From an uncultured Candidatus Entotheonella sp. (GTDB lineage Bacteria; Tectomicrobia; Entotheonellia; Entotheonellales; Entotheonellaceae): a stretch of 64,000 bases of DNA. A program made the position numbers and the translations under genes. The stretch's first letter is position 1. The number at the start of each line of letters is the position of its first letter. The notes under the pieces are model-generated. The model worked only from the letters and a program-made list of their open reading frames with translations, was not told where the DNA came from and did not search any database. Shown piece after piece: positions 17,678-26,543 of this stretch. The stretch is taken from contig CBDCDA010000002.1 in the NCBI GenBank assembly GCA_965215335.1, forward strand, positions 259,682 to 323,681. Direction: 5' to 3'.

Positions 17678-18700
17678 TCAGAGGGCCTGCGCATTTGTTC
17701 CATATCTCGCTTCCAGTTCGCTGATCATCAGATCCATCTGCTCAGGCTCTGTACGGTATACATCGACTGACCTCAGAGCCTTTCTTGCGATTTCTACCGA
17801 CCTTCTTTCTTTGTCAATGCCAATATATCTTCTTCCCACGCTCAAGGCCGCCAGAGCAGTCGTACCGCTTCCCATGAAACAGTCCAGCACGATTTCACCT
17901 GGGTCCGTAAAGAGCTTGATAGCTCTCCGTGGCAGTTCAACAGGAAATTTGGAATCATGATTTGAATTGCTTCTTACGGAAGGAATTTCCCACACCCCCC
18001 TGGAACCCCAGTTCCACCACTCCTGTTTGGTAAGCCTTTCTCTGTCGACCTTTGTTATCCCGGGTTTCCAGAACACATAGACATACTCTGATTCATCGAC
18101 AGAACGGTATGATATCGTGTGCCATTTCGAATTTTCCCAGGTCGCATCTTTTACCCATATCCGCCGGTCATATAAATAGAAACCAGCGTCCATGGCGGCT
18201 TTTTCTACTAATCCGCCGACGAGATAGACACGTGTTTGAGCCTGATATTTTCCGCCCCTGATATTGTTGCCATGCAAGCGCCGGTCAATGGTTTGTTCAC
18301 TGCATCCAAAATATTCTGCAAGTTTGTATCTGTTCCAGCAGGGGTTCCGTTGTTTAGCCAAAAGAATCTCCTCTTTTGTAATCTTGATTTTTCTACGAGA
18401 TACATTCTCCGCCATGACTTTTGGCATATTTTCGTCTTGAAAACACAATATATCCGCAATGTTTATTACCAAAAAACCACCTGTTTTGACAATCGGAAAG
18501 TGTAACTTTATTACCTCGTACAAAAGTGATTTCCAGTCCTCAAAAGACAGATATTTCTCGTACTCTTTCCCGACGTAATATGGAGGAGACCAGATGCTCA
18601 GCGCGATGGATTCGCTCGCTATTCTGTGTAAGAGTTGTCGAGAGTCCCCGTGATAGATCTCGTCCGGCGTCAACGTCTCATCTGTGCTTACGCTTGCCAT
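17678..18700 (-). CDS. Type II DNA methyltransferase, beta class (motif IV SPPY before motif I FMGSGTT), probably N4-cytosine; carries an internal HTH-like insert
   Basis: ORF 17678-18754. The likely ATG at 18700 overlaps the end of the endonuclease gene by 13 nt. SIWSPPYY, FPVELPRRAIKLFT, LDCFMGSGTTALAA. AT-rich relative to both flanks. Confidence 0.8.
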   Translation of the reverse strand: MASVSTDETLTPDEIYHGDSRQLLHRIASESIALSIWSPPYYVGKEYEKYLSFEDWKSLLYEVIKLHFPIVKTGGFLVINIADILCFQDENMPKVMAENVSRRKIKITKEEILLAKQRNPCWNRYKLAEYFGCSEQTIDRRLHGNNIRGGKYQAQTRVYLVGGLVEKAAMDAGFYLYDRRIWVKDATWENSKWHTISYRSVDESEYVYVFWKPGITKVDRERLTKQEWWNWGSRGVWEIPSVRSNSNHDSKFPVELPRRAIKLFTDPGEIVLDCFMGSGTTALAALSVGRRYIGIDKERRSVEIARKALRSVDVYRTEPEQMDLMISELEARYGTNAQAL

Positions 18701-19407
18701 GACCCGGTACACACCTGTTTTTCCGGGTTGTAGATAAGCGTTTGTATGCGCCACGGAGCCTTGGCTTTCAACTTGTCGAAACTTGCTCTTACCCTGAAAT
18801 CCTCGCCTAAAGTTGGGGCGTTTCTGCCAGCCAGCCAGATGCCATCATCGACATTCGGATTGTATTTTGATTGTAATTTTCCATTCGGGATCATTGCAAT
18901 TGTGACTTCATTCAAATGATGAATACCATTCTTGTCGTCATGGTACTTGAAGTGAATAAGGCCCGTTGTCGTCAGGTAGTTCTTGCCACTGTATGTGGAT
19001 ATTTCCGGCAAAAAACCTTTCTCATCAATCTCAATACCTGATCGTCTTTGTATCACCCGCATGGACAATTGTGACATCTGAATGGTTGCAGAGCGATTTT
19101 CCTTTTCTGCTTTTGAGTCAATGAACAATGCTTGTCTAACGGTTTGATCAGGTAGAATGACATATCGGGCTTTCTTGTAGTCAACCGTTCCATATATCCT
19201 CTGTTGCACGTTGAATCCGGCAAGCCGATCAAGTAATTCCCGCGTGATGTCCTCAGCAATATCTTTGACGCTATCAGGCGAATTCAGGAATATCTCATAT
19301 GCCTCCATACCAAAGTCGTAGACTGCCTGAAATATCCACCGTGACGTGAGTTCTTCAATCGTCTCGATGTCATCCAAGGAAAGCCTATCCGGGTCTTTTT
19401 CTGTCAT
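18688..19407 (-). CDS. Type II restriction endonuclease, SfiI-like (family assignment from memory, unverified)
   Basis: Only the last 239 codons of track ORF 18688-20529 (from MTEKDPDRLSLDD). PD-(D/E)XK elements VDYK and FIDSKAEK. Colinear similarity to my recollection of SfiI (LSLD.E, AEDIT, DYK, D.KA.EKNR.T.Q.SQL.M, YNP, FD.LK...PWR.Q.L). AT-rich. Confidence 0.6.
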   Translation of the reverse strand: MTEKDPDRLSLDDIETIEELTSRWIFQAVYDFGMEAYEIFLNSPDSVKDIAEDITRELLDRLAGFNVQQRIYGTVDYKKARYVILPDQTVRQALFIDSKAEKENRSATIQMSQLSMRVIQRRSGIEIDEKGFLPEISTYSGKNYLTTTGLIHFKYHDDKNGIHHLNEVTIAMIPNGKLQSKYNPNVDDGIWLAGRNAPTLGEDFRVRASFDKLKAKAPWRIQTLIYNPEKQVCTGSWQA

Positions 19408-19439
19408 GCGGTTGCTTCTTGTGCTTTTGGCTGTCGCGG

Positions 19440-20078
19440 TCAGGACGACCGGTTCGGCACTTCCAGAATCGCCTGCACCATGCGGCGTTCCAGCGCCTGG
19501 CCCAGGCGCTGGACGAGGGGCTGCTGGGTGTAATTGCCCAGTGTGACCACGTACGCCACGCCCAGCAAACGACCCACCCGGAAATCTACCACCGTCGACG
19601 ATACCGGGCCTTCCGGGCTGCTCTGCAGCACGCGCAGTCCGGCGGTCTCGTCCGCAAAGCCCTCGAATCGCAGGCGCTCCGCCACCAACAAATGCTGCCC
19701 CGGATGAATCTCCGCGTCGCGTCGCGACTCGAAATCCCGCAAAAAGACCTCCTCGATCCAGCGCGACACGGACTGTGTTTCGTCGAACAGATGCACCACG
19801 GTGGAGGCCGCCAGGAGGAACCCCGGCGGGACCTTGCGGCTCTCGGGCGCCACCGGCAGGAATTCCTGCCGGTATCCCGTCAGGCGGCCCGCCTCCCGGA
19901 AACGCTCGGCGGTGCTGCCGGGCAGTCCCTGCTCCGCCAGGCTGTGGTTGTCCAGAAAGCCCGAACGCGCCGGTGAGAAGTCGCGCAGCGGCGCCGGCAG
20001 GTCCGTGCGGCTCAGGACCATGCGCGGCAGGTCGTCCGCGGTAATCGCCTGGGTGACCTGATGGAGCGCCTCGGACAT
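19440..20078 (-). CDS. Hypothetical protein (GC-rich, native)
   Basis: ORF 19440-20096. ATG 20078 (MSEALHQV) is preceded by AAGGTG. No motif recognised. Confidence 0.5.
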   Translation of the reverse strand: MSEALHQVTQAITADDLPRMVLSRTDLPAPLRDFSPARSGFLDNHSLAEQGLPGSTAERFREAGRLTGYRQEFLPVAPESRKVPPGFLLAASTVVHLFDETQSVSRWIEEVFLRDFESRRDAEIHPGQHLLVAERLRFEGFADETAGLRVLQSSPEGPVSSTVVDFRVGRLLGVAYVVTLGNYTQQPLVQRLGQALERRMVQAILEVPNRSS

Positions 20079-20178
20079 TGGGAACACCTTGATCAATCGG
20101 GCAGGGACCGCCAGTTATGGTATCCTGTCGTCTGTCTTCAGACTTGCGTATTTCGTTGCCACCGTCAGGGGAGAGGCC

Positions 20179-20577
20179 ATGAAAGCAACCAAAATCGTCA
20201 AGACAGACGCGGAATGGCGCCAGCAGTTGACTCCGGCGCAATACGAGGTCTGCCGCCGCAAGGGTACGGAGCGCGCCTTCACCGGGGCGTATCACGACTC
20301 GAAGGACCCCGGTGTTTATCAATGCGTGTGCTGCGGCAGCGACCTGTTCAGTTCCGACACCAAATTCGATTCGGGAACCGGCTGGCCAAGCTTCTGGGAG
20401 CCGATTGCGCCCGAGAACGTCGAGTACGAAGAGGACCGCAGTTTTTTCATGCGCCGCACCGAGGTCATGTGCGGCACCTGCGACGCTCACCTCGGCCACG
20501 TCTTCGACGACGGCCCGGCACCCACCCACAAACGCTATTGCCTCAATTCCGTGTCGCTCAAGCGGGTGCCGAAGTAG
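20179..20577 (+). CDS. msrB: Peptide-methionine (R)-S-oxide reductase
   Basis: ATG 20179 after GGGGAGAGG. CxxC pairs (YQCVCCGSDLF, MCGTCDAHLGHVFDDGP) and GTGWPSF, ending in RYCLNS. Confidence 0.9.
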   Translation: MKATKIVKTDAEWRQQLTPAQYEVCRRKGTERAFTGAYHDSKDPGVYQCVCCGSDLFSSDTKFDSGTGWPSFWEPIAPENVEYEEDRSFFMRRTEVMCGTCDAHLGHVFDDGPAPTHKRYCLNSVSLKRVPK

Positions 20578-20585
20578 GCTTCCCT

Positions 20586-23432
20586 CTATCCCGTACCTGC
20601 CTGCTCGGCTATTTTCTCGACCCGCACGGCGCAGAACTTGAACTCGGGAATTTTGCCGTGCGGGTCGAGGGCGTCGATGGTCAGCAGATTGGCGGCGGCT
20701 TCCTTGAAATGGAACGGCAGGAAGACACTGCCCGTTGACGGCTTGGTCGACGCCGTCACCCGGACCGTGATCTCGCCCCGCCGCGATACCACTCGCACCC
20801 GCTCACCATCCACGATGTCCAACGCCGTCATGTCCGCAGGCGTCATTTCCAGCAACGCTTCCGGCACCATGGCGTCCAGGGCCCTGGCGCGCCGCGTCAT
20901 GGTGCCCGTGTGCCAGTGCTGCAGCACCCGGCCGGTATTCAGCACCAGGGGATAAGCCGCGTCCGGCAGCTCCTTGGCGGGGGCGAACTCGGCGGGCGCA
21001 AACTTGCCCTTGCCGCGCGGAAAGACGTCGGTAAAGCGGATCGGCACGCCCGGATGCCGGGGTTCCGGGCACGGCCACGGAATGCCCTCCTCCGCCAGCC
21101 GCTCGTAGGTGATGCCGGTGAACACGGGCGTCAGGGACACGATCTCCCGCCAGATGGCCTCCTCCGAGGCGTACGACATCGGGTATCCCATGCGTGCGGC
21201 GAGGTCGACGATGATCCGCCAGTCGTCGCGCACCTGTCCCGGTGGCTCGATGGCCTGCCGGGCGAGTTGCACGCGCGAATCCGTGTTGGTAAAGGTGCCG
21301 GTTTTCTCGGGAAAGCTCGTTCCCGGCAGGACCACGTCGGCGTACGCCGCGGTTTCGGTGAGGAAGATGTCCTGCACCGCCAGGAAGTCCATGCTGGCCA
21401 AGCACTGCTTCACCTTGTTGATGTTGGGGTCGCTCAGGAAGGGGTTCTCGCCCATCATGAACATCGCCCGGATGTCACCCTCCAGCACCGCGGACATGAT
21501 TTCCACCACCGTAAGGCCCGGCTCGGGGGCGAGGCCGACGCCCCAGACGGCCTCGAATTTCCGCTGCACATCGGGGTCCGCGACGCTCTGATAGCCGGTG
21601 TAGACCATGGGAATGAGGCCGACGTCCGAGGCGCCTTGCACGTTGTTCTGGCCGCGCAATGGGTGCAGGCCGGTGCCGGGCCGGCCGATGTTGCCGGTGA
21701 GCAGTGCCAGGTTGATGAGGCAGCGGGCGTTGTCGGTGCCGGTGGTGTGCTGCGAGATGCCCATGCCCCAGAAGATCATGGCGCGCTCGGCCTGCCCGTA
21801 GGCCCGGGCGACGTCGATCAGCCGCTGTTCCGGCACCCCGGTGAGGCGTGACACCAGGCGCGGCGTGTAGGTGACCACCGTATCGCGCAGGCGGTCGAAA
21901 GCCTCGGTGCGCTCTTCGATGAACTCGGCGTCGTAAAGCGCTTCGCGGATGATGACGTGCATGAGGCCGTTGAGGAACGCCACGTCGGTGCCGGGGTTGA
22001 AGCGAACGTAATGGTCGGCGTGGTCGGCGATCTCGGGCCGCCGCGGGTCGGCGACGATCAGCGTGGCGCCGGCGTTGGCGGCCTGTTTGATGAACGTTGC
22101 TGCCACCGGGTGGTTGTGCGTGGTGTTGGAACCGATGATGAAAATGGCGTCGGTTTCCAGCGCGTCGGAAAATGGGTTCGACACCGAGCCGCCACCGATC
22201 TGGTCGAGCAGGGCGGCCACCGAAGAGGCATGGCACAGTCGCGTGCAGTGATCGACGTTGTTGGTGCCGAAGACGGCCCGGATGAGTTTCTGGAACAGGT
22301 AGTTGTCCTCGTTCGAGCACTTGGCGGAGCCGAAACCGGCCAGCGCCTGGCTGCCGTGCGCCTCGCGGATGGCCATGAAGCGCTGCGCCGCCAGGTCGAG
22401 GGCCTCGTCCCAGGTCGCTTCCCGGAACGCTTGGCGCGGCTCGGCGGGCGGCTCGGGGGACTTCGGGTAGTGCTCCGGCTTGCGAATCAGCGGCACCAAC
22501 AGGCGCTCGCCGTGGTGCACGTAATCGAAGCCGTAGCGGCCTTTGACGCACAGCCGGCCGTGGTTCACCGGGCTGGCGCGGCCGGACACCTGCACAATGG
22601 TGTTGGCCTCCGGGTTGATCGTGTAGGTGATGCTGCATCCGACGCCGCAGTAGGGGCACAGGGAGGCGACCCGTTTGTGGTCGGTGTCCGCCAGTAACGG
22701 CAGTGTCAGAGGCTTGTCGGTCAGGGCGCCGGTCGGGCAGGCGGCCATGCACTCGCCACAGGAAACGCAGCTCGACTGCCCCATTGGCAGGTCGTTGTCG
22801 AAGGAAATGCGCGCCGTGTAGCCCTTGCCGGCGCGCCCGATGACCTCGTTGCACTGCACGTCGTCGCAGGCGCGGATGCAGCGGTCGCACAGGATGCAGG
22901 CGTTGTGATCAACGGCGATGACCGACGATGACAGGTCGTGTCCGTTATCAAAGCTTGCCAGCGATTGGCGGGCGGGAAAGCGGGGCGTCGTGACGTCCAG
23001 CGCGGCGGCCAGTTCCAGCAGCAGGTCGGGCTTGCCGGCGCTGCGCGACGGCATGGGCTTGCCGTTGGCGGTGGGATAGTCGGCCATGAGCAGTTCGGTC
23101 AGCATGGCCCGCGACCGCGTTGTCTTTTCGTTGTTCGTGTGCACGACCATGCCGTCCTCGGCTTGACGCACGCAGGCGGCCGGCAGCACGCGACTGCCCT
23201 CCACTTCGACTACGCACATGCGGCAGACGCCAACCGGTTCCAGCTTGGGCGAGTGGCACAGCACCGGGATATCGATCCCTGCCCGTCGGGCGGCCTCGTA
23301 CAGGGTGGTGCCGGGCACCACGTCGAGCGTCCGACCGTCCATGGTGATGCGGACAGCACGCACCGCGTTCGTGCCGATGTGTCCTGTACTCTCGCTGGCG
23401 TTCGCTGCGACGTTTGCGCTGGCCTTGGACAT
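20586..23432 (-). CDS. fdsA: Formate dehydrogenase alpha subunit (NuoG-like N-terminal Fe-S domains plus molybdopterin domain), Cys-type
   Basis: 948 aa. 2Fe-2S (CHSPKLEPVGVCRMCVVE), 4Fe-4S ferredoxin repeats (CILCDRCIRAC, CVSCGECMAACP), and MopB (CPYCGVGCS...). No in-frame TGA. The true start may be an internal Met (MDGRTLDV). Confidence 0.8.
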   Translation of the reverse strand: MSKASANVAANASESTGHIGTNAVRAVRITMDGRTLDVVPGTTLYEAARRAGIDIPVLCHSPKLEPVGVCRMCVVEVEGSRVLPAACVRQAEDGMVVHTNNEKTTRSRAMLTELLMADYPTANGKPMPSRSAGKPDLLLELAAALDVTTPRFPARQSLASFDNGHDLSSSVIAVDHNACILCDRCIRACDDVQCNEVIGRAGKGYTARISFDNDLPMGQSSCVSCGECMAACPTGALTDKPLTLPLLADTDHKRVASLCPYCGVGCSITYTINPEANTIVQVSGRASPVNHGRLCVKGRYGFDYVHHGERLLVPLIRKPEHYPKSPEPPAEPRQAFREATWDEALDLAAQRFMAIREAHGSQALAGFGSAKCSNEDNYLFQKLIRAVFGTNNVDHCTRLCHASSVAALLDQIGGGSVSNPFSDALETDAIFIIGSNTTHNHPVAATFIKQAANAGATLIVADPRRPEIADHADHYVRFNPGTDVAFLNGLMHVIIREALYDAEFIEERTEAFDRLRDTVVTYTPRLVSRLTGVPEQRLIDVARAYGQAERAMIFWGMGISQHTTGTDNARCLINLALLTGNIGRPGTGLHPLRGQNNVQGASDVGLIPMVYTGYQSVADPDVQRKFEAVWGVGLAPEPGLTVVEIMSAVLEGDIRAMFMMGENPFLSDPNINKVKQCLASMDFLAVQDIFLTETAAYADVVLPGTSFPEKTGTFTNTDSRVQLARQAIEPPGQVRDDWRIIVDLAARMGYPMSYASEEAIWREIVSLTPVFTGITYERLAEEGIPWPCPEPRHPGVPIRFTDVFPRGKGKFAPAEFAPAKELPDAAYPLVLNTGRVLQHWHTGTMTRRARALDAMVPEALLEMTPADMTALDIVDGERVRVVSRRGEITVRVTASTKPSTGSVFLPFHFKEAAANLLTIDALDPHGKIPEFKFCAVRVEKIAEQAGTG

Positions 23433-23454
23433 GTGTGCTACCTCGCTCCACGGA

Positions 23455-25083
23455 TCACGCCGCCATGTAGCGGGTGATGTCGTCCCTGAAGTGCTTGATG
23501 ACCGACGAGATGGGGTTTGGCGCCGCCTGGCCCAGGCCGCAGATCGAGGTCAGCGCCATGGTTGCCGACAGTTCCTCGATGAGTTCCAGATCGGCCCACG
23601 AGCCGTTTCCCGCCAGAATATCCTCCAGAAGCAGGACGATCTTCTCGGCACCGACCCGGCAGGGCACGCACTTGCCGCACGATTCGTTACGAAAGAAGCG
23701 CCCGACGTTGAGGGCCAGTTCCAGCATGCAGACGTCGTCACCGATGATCACCACGGCACCCGATCCGAGCATCGAGCCGGCCGCCGCCAGGGTGCGGAAG
23801 TCCAGGGGGATATCGGCCATGCTGGCGGGCAGAAAGCCGGACGATGCGCCGCCGGGGGCAAAGGCTTTGAGGGCGCGGCCGTACCGCATGCCGCCGGCGC
23901 GTTCGATCAATTCGCGCACCGTCAGGCCGAGCGGCACCTCGTACACGCCGGGGTGCTTGACCTGACCGCTGACCGCCAGAAATTTCAGGCCCTTGGCGCC
24001 GTTCTCGCCGTGTTCGGCCCACCACTCGCCGCCGTTGAGCACGATGCCGGGTACCATGGCGAAGGTCTCGACGTTGTTCAGCAGCGTGGGGGCGCCAAAC
24101 AGCCCGTGCGTGCCCGGAAAGGGTGGCTTGTGGCGCGGCTCGGCCCGCTTGTCCTCCAGGACTTCGAGGAGTGCGGTTTCCTCGCCGCAGATGTAGCCGC
24201 CGGGACTCTCGAAAATCTCGAAGTCCACGTGGTACGGGGACCCCATCATGTATGGGCCGAGGATGCCCTCGTCCTGCCGTTGCCGCAGCGTCTTGAGCAG
24301 CACGTCTCGTTGCCGGGCGTATTCATGGCGGATGTAGATGATGGACTTGCGTGCGCCCACGGTCACCGCCGCCAGGGCCATGCCCTCCAGCACCAGATCA
24401 GGCAGCGTCTGCAAGATGACGCGGTCCTTGAACGTCCCCGGCTCGCTCTCGTCCGCGTTGCAGATGACGTACTTCACCTCACCCGGCGCCTGCCGCACCA
24501 ACTCCCACTTGACGCCGGTGGGAAATCCGGCGCCACCCATGCCGCGTAAGCCGCTCGCCTTGAGGGCTTCGAGCACCGCGGTGCTATCGCCGCCGTGGAC
24601 CAGACGACGCAACGCATCGTAAGTCGATACGCCGTCGTAGGGATCAGAGACGAACGTCGTATCGGGTGCGGAGAAACGCTGGCGCCGCAGGGTGCGCCCC
24701 CTGGCCAGCGACTCGAGAAGGGACATGATGCGCTGGGCGTTCGCCTCGGTGTAGACCTGGTCGTTCACGACGATGGCGGGCGCGCCGTCACATTGTCCCA
24801 GACACGCCGTGGTGCCCACCTGTGCGTCCGTCAGGGGCGAGGCATCCAGCGCGGTGCGGGCGATGGCCTGCAAATCCGTGGCGCCGCGCAACAGGCAAGC
24901 CATGTCGTGGCATACCCGGATGTCGACCTTGGGGGGCGGCTGTAAGCGAAAATGGGGGTAGAAGCTGGCCAGTCCGTGCAGGCGGTACAAGGGCACGTTG
25001 AGGCGGCGGGAAAGGGCCTGCAACGCTTCTGCAGGCAGGTACGAGTGGGTTTTCTGGATCAGGTTGAGTTCCTGAATAATCAT
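23455..25083 (-). CDS. fdsB: Formate dehydrogenase diaphorase subunit: fused NuoE-like (2Fe-2S) and NuoF-like (FMN/NAD, 4Fe-4S) domains
   Basis: ATG 25083 (MIIQELNLIQKTHSYLP). CHDMACLLRGA...CLGQCDGAP, then GGAGFPTGVKW and ESCGKCVPCRVG. Confidence 0.8.
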   Translation of the reverse strand: MIIQELNLIQKTHSYLPAEALQALSRRLNVPLYRLHGLASFYPHFRLQPPPKVDIRVCHDMACLLRGATDLQAIARTALDASPLTDAQVGTTACLGQCDGAPAIVVNDQVYTEANAQRIMSLLESLARGRTLRRQRFSAPDTTFVSDPYDGVSTYDALRRLVHGGDSTAVLEALKASGLRGMGGAGFPTGVKWELVRQAPGEVKYVICNADESEPGTFKDRVILQTLPDLVLEGMALAAVTVGARKSIIYIRHEYARQRDVLLKTLRQRQDEGILGPYMMGSPYHVDFEIFESPGGYICGEETALLEVLEDKRAEPRHKPPFPGTHGLFGAPTLLNNVETFAMVPGIVLNGGEWWAEHGENGAKGLKFLAVSGQVKHPGVYEVPLGLTVRELIERAGGMRYGRALKAFAPGGASSGFLPASMADIPLDFRTLAAAGSMLGSGAVVIIGDDVCMLELALNVGRFFRNESCGKCVPCRVGAEKIVLLLEDILAGNGSWADLELIEELSATMALTSICGLGQAAPNPISSVIKHFRDDITRYMAA

Positions 25084-25201
25084 CCGAGGGTTGCCCTGCA
25101 GCGTGTGACCGGGAGGGGAACGTATCGGGCGCAACCTTACCGTGCTTTGGGGCCATCGTCAACACTGCCGTGGGGCTGTAGGCGGGCGTGCCAGGCGCCG
25201 T

Positions 25202-25231
25202 TTGACAGTTTTTGAAGCGGCGTTTTACACT
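25202..25231 (+). promoter_or_regulatory. Candidate sigma70-type promoter for mobA
   Basis: TTGACA (25202-25207), 18-nt spacer, TACACT (25226-25231), about 75 nt upstream of ATG 25305. Pattern match only. Confidence 0.3.
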
Positions 25232-25304
25232 GCCCGCGCCCTCCGGCGCAGCCGGCATCCGAAAACCCCGCCGCGCCGTCCGGCGCGGCAAGGAGCGAGC
25301 CCCC

Positions 25305-25916
25305 ATGAAAGCTTCACCCGCTGGCGTCACGGGCGTCCTGCTTGCCGGCGGCAACAGCAGCCGCATGGGCCGCAACAAGGCCCTCATGTCGCTCGCCGGA
25401 CACCGCCTCGTCGACCGCGTCCTGGCTGTCCTGCGCGGCATCTTTGACGACCTGCTGATGGTCACCAACAGCCCCGACCTGTACGCCGACCTCGGCGTTC
25501 GCATGGTGCCCGACCTCGTCGCCGACAAGGGCGCCCTCGGCGGCATCCACAGCGCCATCCACCACGCCGCCACGCCGCATTGTCTCGTCGTGGCCTGCGA
25601 CATGCCGTTCCTGAACGCCGCCGTCTTGCGTTATCTGGCGGAGCAACGGGCGGGTTGCGACGTCGTCGTGCCCAGCTTGCACGGCAAGCCGCAGCCGCTG
25701 CACGCCGTCTACGGCAAAGCCTGCTTACAGCCCATCGCCCGGCGTCTGGGGACGGATCGCCTGCACGTCGTGGGTTTTTTCCCGGATGTACGGGTGCGGG
25801 AGGTAACGGCAAAGGAATTGGCGGGCTTTGACCCGGACGGTCTGTCGTTTCGCAACTTGAACACCCCGGAAGAATTCGCCGCCGCGGCGCGCCGGCTCGG
25901 TCCGGCGTTTAGCTGA
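25305..25916 (+). CDS. mobA: Molybdenum cofactor guanylyltransferase
   Basis: ATG 25305 after AAGGAG. GVLLAGGNSSRMGRNKAL, VVACDMPFL. Confidence 0.8.
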   Translation: MKASPAGVTGVLLAGGNSSRMGRNKALMSLAGHRLVDRVLAVLRGIFDDLLMVTNSPDLYADLGVRMVPDLVADKGALGGIHSAIHHAATPHCLVVACDMPFLNAAVLRYLAEQRAGCDVVVPSLHGKPQPLHAVYGKACLQPIARRLGTDRLHVVGFFPDVRVREVTAKELAGFDPDGLSFRNLNTPEEFAAAARRLGPAFS

Positions 25917-26472
25917 CGCGCGACACGTACCGACCGTCCGTCGTGTCCACGCGCACCACATCACCCTCCTTGACGAACTGCGGCACCTGTGTCACCAGGC
26001 CGGTTTCCAGGGTGGCGGGTTTCATGGACGCGCTGGCCGTGGCGCCGCGCAGGGCGGGTTCGGTGGTGCTGACCGTCAAATCCACCGTTGTCGGCAGGGT
26101 GACGCCGATGACGTTGCCCTCGAAAACGTCAACGGTCGTTCGCGTGTTGGGCAGCAGATAGGGCAGGCTGTCTGCCAGCAGGTCCTTGTGCAGGTTGATC
26201 TGCTCGTAGGTCTCGGGGTGCATGAAAACATAATCGTCGCCGTCGGCGTAGAGGTACTCCATTTCCGGCGACTCGACGGTTACCCGCTCCACCCGGTCGG
26301 TACTGCGCAGCCGTTTTTCCACCTTGCTGCCGTTGGCGAGGTTGCGCATCGTCGTCTGCATGGCGCCGCGCACGTTGCCGGGCGCCACGTGATGCGTCTT
26401 CATGACGCGAAACAGGGCGCCGTCGATCTGCAGAATCATCCCTGTCCGCACCTGGGTTGCCGAAATCAGCAT
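25909..26472 (-). CDS. efp: Elongation factor P
   Basis: 187 aa. MLISATQVRTGMILQIDGALFRVMKTHHVAPGNVRGAMQTTMRNL.... Confidence 0.9.
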   Translation of the reverse strand: MLISATQVRTGMILQIDGALFRVMKTHHVAPGNVRGAMQTTMRNLANGSKVEKRLRSTDRVERVTVESPEMEYLYADGDDYVFMHPETYEQINLHKDLLADSLPYLLPNTRTTVDVFEGNVIGVTLPTTVDLTVSTTEPALRGATASASMKPATLETGLVTQVPQFVKEGDVVRVDTTDGRYVSRVS

Positions 26473-26543
26473 CGTGATGAAACTCCTCTGAAATTACCGT
26501 CCTCCACGCCGGGTACCTCCTGACGAGAGGCATGCCGGCAGAA

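Noticed and set aside
17572-19445. Flanking direct repeats or target duplication for the first R-M cassette
   Set aside because: Only a weak approximately 10-12-nt resemblance (GGCGATCAGGGG near 17603 against CGCGGTCAGGAC near 19434). This is not distinguishable from chance by eye.
18688-20529. 613-aa track ORF spanning the endonuclease, the upstream hypothetical gene and part of msrB
   Set aside because: Only the last 239 codons (AT-rich, from MTEKDPDRL) look like protein. The upstream approximately 370 codons are Gly/Arg/Pro/Ala-rich read-through in GC-rich DNA. They overlap better ORFs (19440-20078 on the same strand in another frame, msrB on the opposite strand).
20586-23432. Selenocysteine-containing formate dehydrogenase
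   Set aside because: The 948-codon ORF is uninterrupted, with no in-frame TGA, so there is no evidence for Sec or a SECIS element.
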